Below are positions 1 to 7,597 of a stretch of DNA of 10,758 nucleotides, piece by piece. The stretch is taken from assembly GCA_965657355.1 (NCBI GenBank), contig CBFHOE010000001.1:520002-530759 (forward strand). The letters run 5' to 3'. Every line of letters starts with the position of its first letter. Position 1 is the first letter of the stretch. Origin of the DNA: Limisphaerales bacterium (GTDB lineage: Bacteria; Verrucomicrobiota; Verrucomicrobiia; Limisphaerales; JAJOIW01). A program made the translations under genes and the position numbers. The notes beneath the pieces were generated by a model that saw only the letters and a program-made list of their open reading frames with translations, was not told the DNA's origin and ran no database searches.

Positions 1-1705
1 CCCTTGCAAATCCATATTTATCGAGAATTCCGACACCACTGGCCATTGCTTTCGAGTTATTTCCTTTTTTGATGTTCCAGGCATATGGAATCTCTGGGAT
101 TGAATTTTTCAGATTATTTGACTTAACGATGACTCCCCAATTCAAAGTATCTCCTGGCCGATATACATCTCGCTCGGTGTAAATATAGGTTTCGTATTTG
201 CTTTTCCTTATCCTTTTCGCTTTGATTCCCTTTGCTAGAATTGGGTCTTGAGATAAGTTGAGGAAGTATTTGTGGTTGAGCTCCATTAGAGAGAAATCAC
301 CCTCAAACTTGGCACTCACCGCGTAAGGTGCCTGGTTTCCACTGGCATCATTAAATTCCAGTTCTACTAATCCAGATTCATCAGTTTTCCCTTTAATAAG
401 TGAGTCGAATTGATAACTAAATAAATCTACCTCTGCATTCGGAACAGGTTTTCCAGTTTTTATAGATGTCACCCAAACTGTGAATTTTTTAGAGTCCGTG
501 GCAGAAACGTGGAAGGCTAAGTCGGTGACTAAAAAAATACGAGACTCTTTGTCTGCGTATTTGTATCCCCATCTATTCAGCTTACCGCCTGGATCGATAT
601 CTGATAGCTGTAATTTAAAAAGACCGGGCGTTAATAAATCCGAATGTTTTGATAAGTCAATCTGAACAATGTTCTCATTGCGTTCATAATCTGGTAGCTC
701 TATTCCCCATTCCTTTATTTTTCTACCAAAATCAGATTGTTGGTAAGGTTTTTTCAAATAATGAAGATAGTTTTTTTGAGATACTTGAAAAATTTCTGCT
801 TTCAGTTTTTTGATGCCAGTAACCGAAATCGGAACAACATCCTGGGACTGGTATGGAAAATAAGGCCCCTCCGAAAGAAACTCAAAGCCTGGAGGATTCT
901 CAGGAGTTTGTATTAAATAGGCTAAATCATGTTTAACACTAAATCCATTTTCGCTAGCTAATGCCCCATCAATGTGAAGTTTATATGAAAGCCCTGGTTC
1001 AAGCTGACAATCGAGCAGTAAATTATTCTGAGTCGACGAGAGAATAGAAAAATTGGCTTCGGGCTCAAATCTCAAATTATCCCTGGCCGAAGCAGGCACA
1101 ACTCGATAACTAGTTGGTATATTAACCTCATGGTGCCCCGTTTGGCTTGGCTTCACTGAGGGTCTTTGCAACTGCAACGTTGTGGGGATGGTGACAATTT
1201 TATCGACCCAGGTTGGTGCATAATTTCTGAGTTGAAATGTAGACACTCTAAATGAGCCATTAGTTTGTGAGTGAGAGACAAGCAGTGAGTAGCGACATGA
1301 TGAAGAGTCTTCAGATTTTACCAAGTTCGATAGCTCGATTGATGAGTCACTCAAGGATTCCAATTTAAGCACTTTCTGTAATTCCTCTTCGTTGATTGGT
1401 TTGGAGGTTCGGAAAGTCAATTGGAATTGCCCAGGCGATTGAGCGACAGTGCGAAAATCCGGAGATTCTTTTGAGCCTGAATTAAGGTTGACCATCACAG
1501 GCGCAGAAAGGATTTGGTCGAGCGAAGTTTCGACCAGAATGCCATTGTCGGACTCCTCTTCAGTCTCATTGCTTATTAAGACCCTTTCACCATTCGCATT
1601 TCTCAGTGCTATAGTTGCGAGAAATACGTTTGTGATAAGTGAAATCGTAAATAACCAAAAAAAGATGCTCTCAAAGTGCTTCATTGAATTTCGATTGTCT
1701 TGCAT
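1..1705 (-). CDS. Bacterial alpha-2-macroglobulin family protein (MG-domain protein, YfhM/YfaS-like), N-terminal part; 3' end lies outside the window
   Basis: My manual translation of the minus strand from ATG 1705 (alternative ATG 1684) has no stop codon down to the window edge (568 codons). It begins MQDNRNSMKHFESIFFWLFTISLITNVFLATIALR (one hydrophobic helix). It contains hallmark bacterial A2M segments: FLVTDLAFHV...TVWVTSIKTGKPVPNAEVDL...GKTDESGLV and the MG2 motif YIYTERDVYRPGDTL (about 150-190). It is absent from the ORF track because it has no stop in the window. Confidence 0.9.
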   Translation of the reverse strand, partial: MQDNRNSMKHFESIFFWLFTISLITNVFLATIALRNANGERVLISNETEEESDNGILVETSLDQILSAPVMVNLNSGSKESPDFRTVAQSPGQFQLTFRTSKPINEEELQKVLKLESLSDSSIELSNLVKSEDSSSCRYSLLVSHSQTNGSFRVSTFQLRNYAPTWVDKIVTIPTTLQLQRPSVKPSQTGHHEVNIPTSYRVVPASARDNLRFEPEANFSILSSTQNNLLLDCQLEPGLSYKLHIDGALASENGFSVKHDLAYLIQTPENPPGFEFLSEGPYFPYQSQDVVPISVTGIKKLKAEIFQVSQKNYLHYLKKPYQQSDFGRKIKEWGIELPDYERNENIVQIDLSKHSDLLTPGLFKLQLSDIDPGGKLNRWGYKYADKESRIFLVTDLAFHVSATDSKKFTVWVTSIKTGKPVPNAEVDLFSYQFDSLIKGKTDESGLVELEFNDASGNQAPYAVSAKFEGDFSLMELNHKYFLNLSQDPILAKGIKAKRIRKSKYETYIYTERDVYRPGDTLNWGVIVKSNNLKNSIPEIPYAWNIKKGNNSKAMASGVGILDKYGFAR

Positions 1706-1982
1706 TACCCTGCTTTTATTTAAATGCCCTGTAATCGTTAAGACGAAAAATGATCGTTCTATTATTAGCTAGCTTATGTGCCGCAAACCATTGAAATGTG
1801 AAATCAAAAGCCTTAGCTCAACACGTGCATTAAGAATGGCTTATTTAAATATTATCTTAGACAAGACCGCTAGTTATTGTTTTTTCCAACAAATGAAAAA
1901 TAGTTTGCTGACCTGCTTTCTCCAGAATCGGCTGCGAAAAAGAATAACTGGAGGCAATCACACGAATGTTTTCGGAATAAAG

Positions 1983-2519
1983 TTATCGACTATCTTTTGT
2001 TGAACTCAAATCGTCATTGAGAAAATCCAAAACATGCTGAAATTTTTTCTTATTATCTTCATTGAGGTCACAAAGGGTAGTGTGAGCTTCAAGAGAGGTT
2101 TTGCAAACATCTATTTTGCTGTCGATGCTAGAGTCGGTTTTTTTATCAAAGGCATGAAATATGACATCCCCAGGAGGAGGTGTTTTTTGAGCTGTTACAA
2201 ATTGATTCAGAGCTTCGATACCCAGGCTAGAAATCGACTTGGTAACCCGCTCGTTGGCTTCTCTAATTAAAAATTGGCTATTTTTAGAGGAGGATTTGAT
2301 TTGTGTAGCCAATTTTGCCATGACCCCAATGAAGGTCGAATCGACACCCTGGCAATCTTCTAAATCTAAAACAAAATGATTGGACCCCCTGTCGGTTAAA
2401 TCTAAGAAAAGTGCTTTGAAGGATGGGCTGATACGACAATTGCCCTGCCCGATAATTCGGATCCAAGCTTCGGTATCAGAAAGAGTCGCAAATAAAATTT
2501 GTTGTTGGTTTGAATTCAT
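1983..2519 (-). CDS. STAS-domain anti-sigma-factor antagonist (SpoIIAA/RsbV-like) with C-terminal extension
   Basis: 178-aa ORF. It contains FVLDLEDCQGVDSTFIGVMAKL, matching the STAS 'D-L-x(5)-DS-x-x-[IL]G' phosphoacceptor motif, followed by ANERVTKSISSLGI. Confidence 0.88.
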   Translation of the reverse strand: MNSNQQQILFATLSDTEAWIRIIGQGNCRISPSFKALFLDLTDRGSNHFVLDLEDCQGVDSTFIGVMAKLATQIKSSSKNSQFLIREANERVTKSISSLGIEALNQFVTAQKTPPPGDVIFHAFDKKTDSSIDSKIDVCKTSLEAHTTLCDLNEDNKKKFQHVLDFLNDDLSSTKDSR

Positions 2520-2567
2520 AACCTAACAATCTCGTCATTAAAAAATTTACCAACCTACGATCTTGGA

Positions 2568-3716
2568 TCAAGACCGATTTATAATTTTAATTAGGTTGTT
2601 TTGTAAAAGAATCAGAGAGTCACCAGAGGAAGTGACGAGCTGTATGTTAGTTTCTAACAATACCTTCAACATTTGTTTTAGTTCCATGTTGGTGTAATTT
2701 CCGACCTGCTGGTAAGCCAAATAAAGGCCGTAGGCAGGCATGTTTTGCGGGTTATACTTAGCCTCGGGAGACAACATAGCCTCAGGCATAGAGTCCAGAG
2801 CCGACTTGAAGCCACTATAAGAAAGCCCTGGGCGAAAAAAGGGTGTCTTAATTAAAGCTTCAGAAAAAAGCAAAGCTCGAGCTTTTGATATCAAAGAATA
2901 GAGTATGGCTATAATACTTTTACTTTTATTTGTAGCCAAGGTGGCTATTTCTTTATCAAGCAGATGCAATACCGACTTCAAATCTCTATTGCCCAATGCT
3001 TCGGCAAGAACAAAGGCCTCGGCTTCCTTAGTTCTTATGGCTACTTTTCTTATCGTTTTGATATCAATATCTGAATTTTCATCACCTGCGTAAAGGCTGA
3101 TTTTCTCGATTTCCTGGCAGAGTTGCCTCGGGTTGGCTCCTCCGAATTCGACTAAAAAATCGATAGCTTTCGGACTAATAGACTTTTTATGCAGGTTAAA
3201 TTCGTTTTTGATAAAACGACGTGCCTCGTTTTGCCAGTTTCTAGACCTGGAATTCCATCCGTCGATGGATTCCGCATGAGCTACCTTTCCAATTGCTTTA
3301 TAAAACGATTTCCTTTTGTCGACTTTTCCTGACGTCCACAAAATTTTAATGTTGGAGCCTTTGAGTTTTTTTAATTCCTCTGGGATTCCACCAACGAAAT
3401 CAGAAACATCTTTGCTACTTGATGTCCTATCTTCACCCAGAAAATTGGTTTTTTTGAGGAAAACAATTTTACTTGGGGTAAAAAATGGTAGGGTTTGAAT
3501 TTCTAGAAGAAACTTTGACAGTTTTTCTCTTGCCTCTGAGGCATTGGAAACCCGCCCGTCAATTGTTGTGAACTCCACATCATCTTCATTAGTGAATTCC
3601 CATTGCCCGAGAACATCTAAAGCTTTTCTTTCTATTCCAAACTCATCTTCCCCGCAAAGAAAGACGAATTGGAGATTATTCCATTCTGGAGATTTCTTTC
3701 TAGCCGAGTTAGGCAT
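2568..3716 (-). CDS. holA: DNA polymerase III subunit delta
   Basis: 382 aa. N-terminal FLCGEDEF, TLPFF..KIVFLK, AIDFLVEF.G.NPRQLCQEIEKISLY and AFVLAEALGNRD are typical HolA segments, in the expected order. Confidence 0.88.
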   Translation of the reverse strand: MPNSARKKSPEWNNLQFVFLCGEDEFGIERKALDVLGQWEFTNEDDVEFTTIDGRVSNASEAREKLSKFLLEIQTLPFFTPSKIVFLKKTNFLGEDRTSSSKDVSDFVGGIPEELKKLKGSNIKILWTSGKVDKRKSFYKAIGKVAHAESIDGWNSRSRNWQNEARRFIKNEFNLHKKSISPKAIDFLVEFGGANPRQLCQEIEKISLYAGDENSDIDIKTIRKVAIRTKEAEAFVLAEALGNRDLKSVLHLLDKEIATLATNKSKSIIAILYSLISKARALLFSEALIKTPFFRPGLSYSGFKSALDSMPEAMLSPEAKYNPQNMPAYGLYLAYQQVGNYTNMELKQMLKVLLETNIQLVTSSGDSLILLQNNLIKIINRS

Positions 3717-3749
3717 TTGGCGAAGTCATTGTAGGTGAATGTTATTTTA

Positions 3750-4223
3750 TTAGTCCAGGTCGGGGTCGGAATCTTGGTCTTGATCTTGGTCGGGACTGAT
3801 TTGGTCTAATAGCTCGGACATATCATCTACAGCCTCAAACAGCTCTGCATAAACGAATACTGGAGAATTTAAGGCTGATGCGAGCGCTAAGCAATCGCTA
3901 GGACGGGCATCCACTTCTGCAAGAGACTTACCCAGTTCGTTTTCTTGTTTTAGAACGAGTTGGGCAAAGTAGGTCGATTCTTTGAGATCATTAATTACAA
4001 CCCTCTCAAGCGTCATACCGACAGCTTGAAAAATACTAATCATCAAATCGTGCGTTAGGGGCCGATCTTTAGATTTTCCTTTCAGAAACATCTCAATGAC
4101 TTGCCCCATGCTATATTCTACTTGGATAACAAAAACCTTTTCAGGATTACCTATAAAAATGGCATACCCTCCTGAGGTCCTGATAATGCCTCGAATCTCT
4201 ATTTGGACCAGTGGTTGATTCAT
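3750..4223 (-). CDS. Bifunctional nuclease family protein (DUF151)
   Basis: Motifs RPLTHDLM, V.I.DL.ESTYFAQL and VDARPSDCLALA are diagnostic of DUF151. I placed the start at ATG 4223 (MNQPLVQIEIRG, 157 aa) rather than the TTG at 4253 used by the ORF track. It ends in a tandem TAA TAA. Confidence 0.92.
   Translation of the reverse strand: MNQPLVQIEIRGIIRTSGGYAIFIGNPEKVFVIQVEYSMGQVIEMFLKGKSKDRPLTHDLMISIFQAVGMTLERVVINDLKESTYFAQLVLKQENELGKSLAEVDARPSDCLALASALNSPVFVYAELFEAVDDMSELLDQISPDQDQDQDSDPDLD
3753..3791 (-). repeat. Degenerate hexamer repeat encoding an alternating Asp tail (DQDQDQDSDPDLD)
   Basis: Minus strand reads GACCAA GATCAA GACCAA GATTCC GACCCC GACCTG GAC just before the DUF151 stop. 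Confidence 0.7.
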
Positions 4224-4296
4224 ACTATAATCAACCACATTGTAATCTCGCAAAGAGGTTAATCACAAGCCTTGTTGATGAATTTAAAACAAACGA

Positions 4297-4800
4297 GTGA
4301 GAAGTATTGAATCCAAAATTATTTCCCTTGGGGAACTAGGGCCAAAGGTCAGAAAATTACGTCAATCTAACCCAGATCAGATCATAGTGGCTACGAATGG
4401 CTGCTTTGACATACTCCACATAGGCCATGTCCAATACTTGTATGATTCAAAAAAATTGGGTGATTTCTTAATTGTTGGTGTCAATTCCGATGCATCGGTA
4501 AAAAACTTAAAAGGTGAAGGCCGACCGATTAATACAGCTAGAGACAGGATAGCTGTTTTAGCAGCATTAGAATCAGTCGATTTTGTCGTGGAATTTGATG
4601 ATCAGGATGCTTGCAGCTTTATCAGCAAGTGCAAACCGGACTATTACACAAAAGGGGGAGATTACCGACTCAAATCACTTAACCCGTTTGAGGTAACATT
4701 ATTGAGGCAACTCAATTCCAAAATCTCTATTATCCCTGCCATCACAAGTTTAAGTTCATCAAAAATTGTCGAATATCATAACGATCGCATGGAATCATAG
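4297..4800 (+). CDS. hldC: D-glycero-beta-D-manno-heptose 1-phosphate adenylyltransferase (stand-alone RfaE domain II)
   Basis: 167 aa from GTG. Motifs [12 protein letters not shown] (HIGH), [36 protein letters not shown] and C-terminal SSSKI match the RfaE2/HldC family. Confidence 0.9.
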   Translation: MRSIESKIISLGELGPKVRKLRQSNPDQIIVATNGCFDILHIGHVQYLYDSKKLGDFLIVGVNSDASVKNLKGEGRPINTARDRIAVLAALESVDFVVEFDDQDACSFISKCKPDYYTKGGDYRLKSLNPFEVTLLRQLNSKISIIPAITSLSSSKIVEYHNDRMES

Positions 4801-4809
4801 CCCGAAGAT

Positions 4810-5478
4810 TTAAACCGAGTTCACGCACTGTCTCATTTCTTTGACAGCCTCTTTCAGGTTGCCGGCTTTCATTAGACCGGTGCCGCTTACAAAGTTGTTG
4901 GCGCCGGCACGCGCACATATCGCTGCTGTTTCCATTCCAATTCCACCGTCCACCTGTATGTGTTTTGGCTTCCCTATATTTTCAACCCATTCTTTGACTT
5001 TTTCGATTTTTGAAACGCACGAATTGATAAATTTCTGGCCTCCAAATCCTGGGTTTACTGTCATAATCAGGATCAGATCTACTAAATCAACGTAAGGTTC
5101 TATTTCAGAAATATCTGTCGGGGGGTTAATTGCCAGGCCCACCCCTAAATCAAGTTTCCTAATTTCTTCAATCAATTGTGGGACTCGGTCTCCGAGCTCC
5201 ACGTGAATCGTTAAAGATTGGGCTCCGCAATCTTTAAATTGAGAAAATAAAATCTCTGGCTTTTGGCACATCAAGTGAACATCAAAAAAACAGGATGTAT
5301 GAGGCCTCATCATTCCAACGAAATCGGGCCCAAATGAGATATTTGGAACAAAATTTCCATCCATGATATCAAGGTGAAACCAGTCAGCTCCCGACTCATT
5401 TACCCTTTTGCTTTCTTTTTCGAAATGGCCGTAATCTGCCGCCAAAAGTGAAGGTGCTATAATCACGCTTTCATTCAA
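4810..5478 (-). CDS. rpe: Ribulose-phosphate 3-epimerase
   Basis: Motifs IAPSLLAAD, HLDIMDGNFVPNISFG, DVHLM, MTVNPGFGGQKF and VDGG are present. I placed the start at TTG 5478, which has a GAGGA Shine-Dalgarno-like sequence just upstream (5483-5487), rather than at 5517. Confidence 0.97.
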   Translation of the reverse strand: MNESVIIAPSLLAADYGHFEKESKRVNESGADWFHLDIMDGNFVPNISFGPDFVGMMRPHTSCFFDVHLMCQKPEILFSQFKDCGAQSLTIHVELGDRVPQLIEEIRKLDLGVGLAINPPTDISEIEPYVDLVDLILIMTVNPGFGGQKFINSCVSKIEKVKEWVENIGKPKHIQVDGGIGMETAAICARAGANNFVSGTGLMKAGNLKEAVKEMRQCVNSV

Positions 5479-5628
5479 CGAATCCTCATAGGTAATTTCA
5501 ATGAAAATGTATTTCAATGGGCATCAATGAATAAAAATAGACTTACCTTATCACAAAAGGTTTTCCCCAATTTTTTTAGTTCATTCAATTTTCTCATTCG
5601 GCTAGTTTCGAATTCTGATACAATTTGA

Positions 5629-5775
5629 GGATATTCGTGCTCACCCATTGTTAAAGAAAACACTCGGTTTTGTTGAAACCAGCCTTGGATAGCATGAGTT
5701 CCTGCCCGTGTGGGTGTATGCCTGCGCACAAGCAAACCGAGCCAATTTTGTTTTTGAATGGTTTTTTGGAAATCC
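5629..5775. other. Candidate structured RNA element (long imperfect hairpin) in the der-rpe spacer; family unknown
   Basis: Nested inverted repeats: GGAT 5629-32/ATCC 5772-75; CCATT 5645-49/AATGG 5757-61; CTCGGTTT 5663-70/AAACCGAG 5734-41; GCATG 5692-96/TATGC 5717-21; TGCCC 5703-07/GGGTG 5712-16. The core is GC-richer than its flanks. Folded by eye only. Confidence 0.25.
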
Positions 5776-5918
5776 AACCCATTTAAAAAACCGGGAAAAG
5801 ACAAATTTCATCATTTGCCGTGAGATTGGGAATATTTTATGGAAAGATTCGTTGTGAGTCTGATGCGACTTTGTTTATCTACATGAGCTCCTTTTGTATG
5901 AAATATTTTAAGCCTTGT

Positions 5919-7544
5919 TCACCTTTTTCGTTTTGAATTTTTTTCACTCGATCGGCTTTTATTCTTTGTGGAAGTATTTCTGTTCTTTGATTTTTTTAAG
6001 GATTTTTTGTCAGTTGTAGATGTTTTAAATTTACGTATAGAATCGACTGGTTTAGGTCGTGATTTGGTGGCTATGACAATTGGACAGCCTTCAAAGCCGA
6101 AACTTTTTCTGAGTTCACCTTCAAGAAATTTCCTATAGTTTTCATCGAGTGGCTCGGCTCTATTTGTGAATAAAAGGAAAGACGGTGGCCCTACCCTCAC
6201 TTGTGTTCCATAGAAGACTTTCATGGGCTTCCCAGATTTGGAGGATGGTGGGCGTCTGTCTGTGATGTCCTTCAGTACTCGATTAAGGAGACCAGTCGGG
6301 ACAGCCTGAGCCCATTGGTCCATAACAAATCTGACAGCGTCTAATAATCTATCCAGGTGGAATCCGGTCTTGGCGGAACCAAAAATGACCGGGGCGTATT
6401 TCATGAAAAAAAGTTGGTTTTGCACCCAATCCGAAAACTCTGCCAGAGTCGTTGGCTGTTTAGTGGCTTCGAATTCAGCCCGACTCATGGATTTTCGTTT
6501 TTCATTTTGATCTTTTATGGCCTTTTCTAGGGCTTCTTCTATTAGGTCCCATTTATTAACGACAATGATGCATGCACGGTTATTCGAAGTGATAAGATCG
6601 GCGATTTTTTTATCTTGTTCGTGAATTCCATTGTCGGCATCGATTACAAGGACAACAAGGTCACAACGTTTTATGGAGTCCTCTGTTCTTTTGGAGGAAA
6701 AGAATTCAACGGTATCATTTATGCGTCTTTTTTTTCTTAATCCTGCTGTATCAATGAGTAAGAGATCTAATTCTTCTCCTTCCCCATCAATTTTTAAAGG
6801 AACATCTACCGCGTCTCTCGTTGTACCCGGCACGGACGAGACGACAACTCGATCCGCCTTCGTTAAGGTATTTACCAAGGAGGATTTTCCTACATTGGGT
6901 CGCCCAACGATGGCCAGTTTAAACTCAGAAATTTGATCGAGATGATCCGCTTCTTCGGAATCAATTTCGGGACTTTGTTTGGGAGTTTTAGGCCTTATGG
7001 GGAAATTGTCGGACAGGTGCTTAAGAAGATCCTCCACGCCTCTCCCATGGATAGCTGAAATAGCATAAATATCCGAGAATCCAAGTTCAGCGAATTCATC
7101 TGCCTCTTTTTCAGTTGCTGCATTGTCGGCCTTGTTTAAGGCTAAAATTATTTTTTTTCCAGACTGGTGGAGTTTTTGGGCTACTTCTTTATCGAGGGGG
7201 ACAATACCCTCCTGGATATTGACTACCATCACTATTACAGAGGCTGACTCTATGGCGACGTCAACTTGGTCCATCGCTATACTAGTGATGAGGTCTCCGG
7301 ATTTTTCATTGCTAACGAGGCCTATACCTCCGGTATCTAATAATGTAAAAGATCGGCCCCTGTGCTCTACTTCTGCGCTGACCCGGTCTCTTGTCACCCC
7401 CGGCATGTCATGAACAATAGAAATTCTTCGGCCGACAATACGGTTGAAAAGAGCAGATTTACCTACGTTTGGCCGTCCAACGATGGCTGCCACGTGAGGT
7501 ATTTGTTCGTCCTCAACTTTCTGTTTACTATCTTGATGTGCCAA
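5919..7544 (-). CDS. der: Ribosome biogenesis GTPase Der (EngA)
   Basis: Two tandem GTPase domains (GRPNVGKS/GVTRD/DTGG/NKAD and GRPNVGKS/GTTRD/DTAG/NKWD) plus the KH-like C-terminal domain (FYGTQ...PPSF...LRKSFGFEGCPI). TTG start with TAAGGA upstream (7556-7561). Confidence 0.98.
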   Translation of the reverse strand: MAHQDSKQKVEDEQIPHVAAIVGRPNVGKSALFNRIVGRRISIVHDMPGVTRDRVSAEVEHRGRSFTLLDTGGIGLVSNEKSGDLITSIAMDQVDVAIESASVIVMVVNIQEGIVPLDKEVAQKLHQSGKKIILALNKADNAATEKEADEFAELGFSDIYAISAIHGRGVEDLLKHLSDNFPIRPKTPKQSPEIDSEEADHLDQISEFKLAIVGRPNVGKSSLVNTLTKADRVVVSSVPGTTRDAVDVPLKIDGEGEELDLLLIDTAGLRKKRRINDTVEFFSSKRTEDSIKRCDLVVLVIDADNGIHEQDKKIADLITSNNRACIIVVNKWDLIEEALEKAIKDQNEKRKSMSRAEFEATKQPTTLAEFSDWVQNQLFFMKYAPVIFGSAKTGFHLDRLLDAVRFVMDQWAQAVPTGLLNRVLKDITDRRPPSSKSGKPMKVFYGTQVRVGPPSFLLFTNRAEPLDENYRKFLEGELRKSFGFEGCPIVIATKSRPKPVDSIRKFKTSTTDKKSLKKSKNRNTSTKNKSRSSEKNSKRKR

Positions 7545-7565
7545 AAGCCTACCAGTCCTTATGGT

Positions 7566-7597
7566 TAAACAAATACCCTTCCTGAGCAGGAAGGGTA
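7566..7597 (-). terminator. Rho-independent terminator-like hairpin downstream of the lipoprotein gene
   Basis: Perfect 10-bp stem TACCCTTCCT (7574-7583)/AGGAAGGGTA (7588-7597) with a 4-nt loop. On the minus strand it is followed by TTTGTTTA and lies about 30 nt after the stop at 7629. Confidence 0.75.

Noticed and set aside
480..1772. Plus-strand ORFs 480..665 and 1449..1772
   Set aside because: Antisense shadows of the alpha-2-macroglobulin gene.
1783..1812. GCAAACCATTGAAATGTGAAATCAAAAGCC resembles the c-di-GMP-I riboswitch pattern GCAAACC..GAAA..GGGACGCAAAGCC
   Set aside because: The conserved GGGACGC segment is missing, the GAAA stem pairs poorly, and no plus-strand gene lies downstream. 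A cmscan against the c-di-GMP-I model would settle it.
1776..2003. 75-aa plus-strand ORF in the A2M upstream region
   Set aside because: No recognisable motif or RBS, and it overlaps the STAS stop. The 277-bp spacer is more simply the A2M promoter region, though I could not fix convincing -35/-10 boxes.
2034..3738. ORFs 2034..2270, 2284..2466, 2905..3093, 3316..3498 and 3544..3738
   Set aside because: They lie within or opposite the well-supported STAS and holA genes. The signal-peptide look of 2905..3093 results from reading Lys-rich codons antisense.
4841..5095. 84-aa plus-strand ORF
   Set aside because: Antisense shadow of rpe.
5514..5804. 96-aa ORF as a confident CDS between der and rpe
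   Set aside because: TTG start without an RBS, no recognisable motif, and its apparent coupling to rpe depends on the unlikely 5517 start. Kept only as a low-interest finding.
5882..5896. AAGGAG followed by ATG on the minus strand downstream of der
   Set aside because: The spacing is only 3 nt and the ATG is followed immediately by TAG.
6631..7568. Plus-strand ORFs 6631..6936, 7123..7413 and 7362..7568, and the sequence similarity between about 6880-6915 and 7455-7490
   Set aside because: The ORFs are antisense shadows of der. The repeat is just the two GRPNVGKS P-loops of its tandem GTPase domains.
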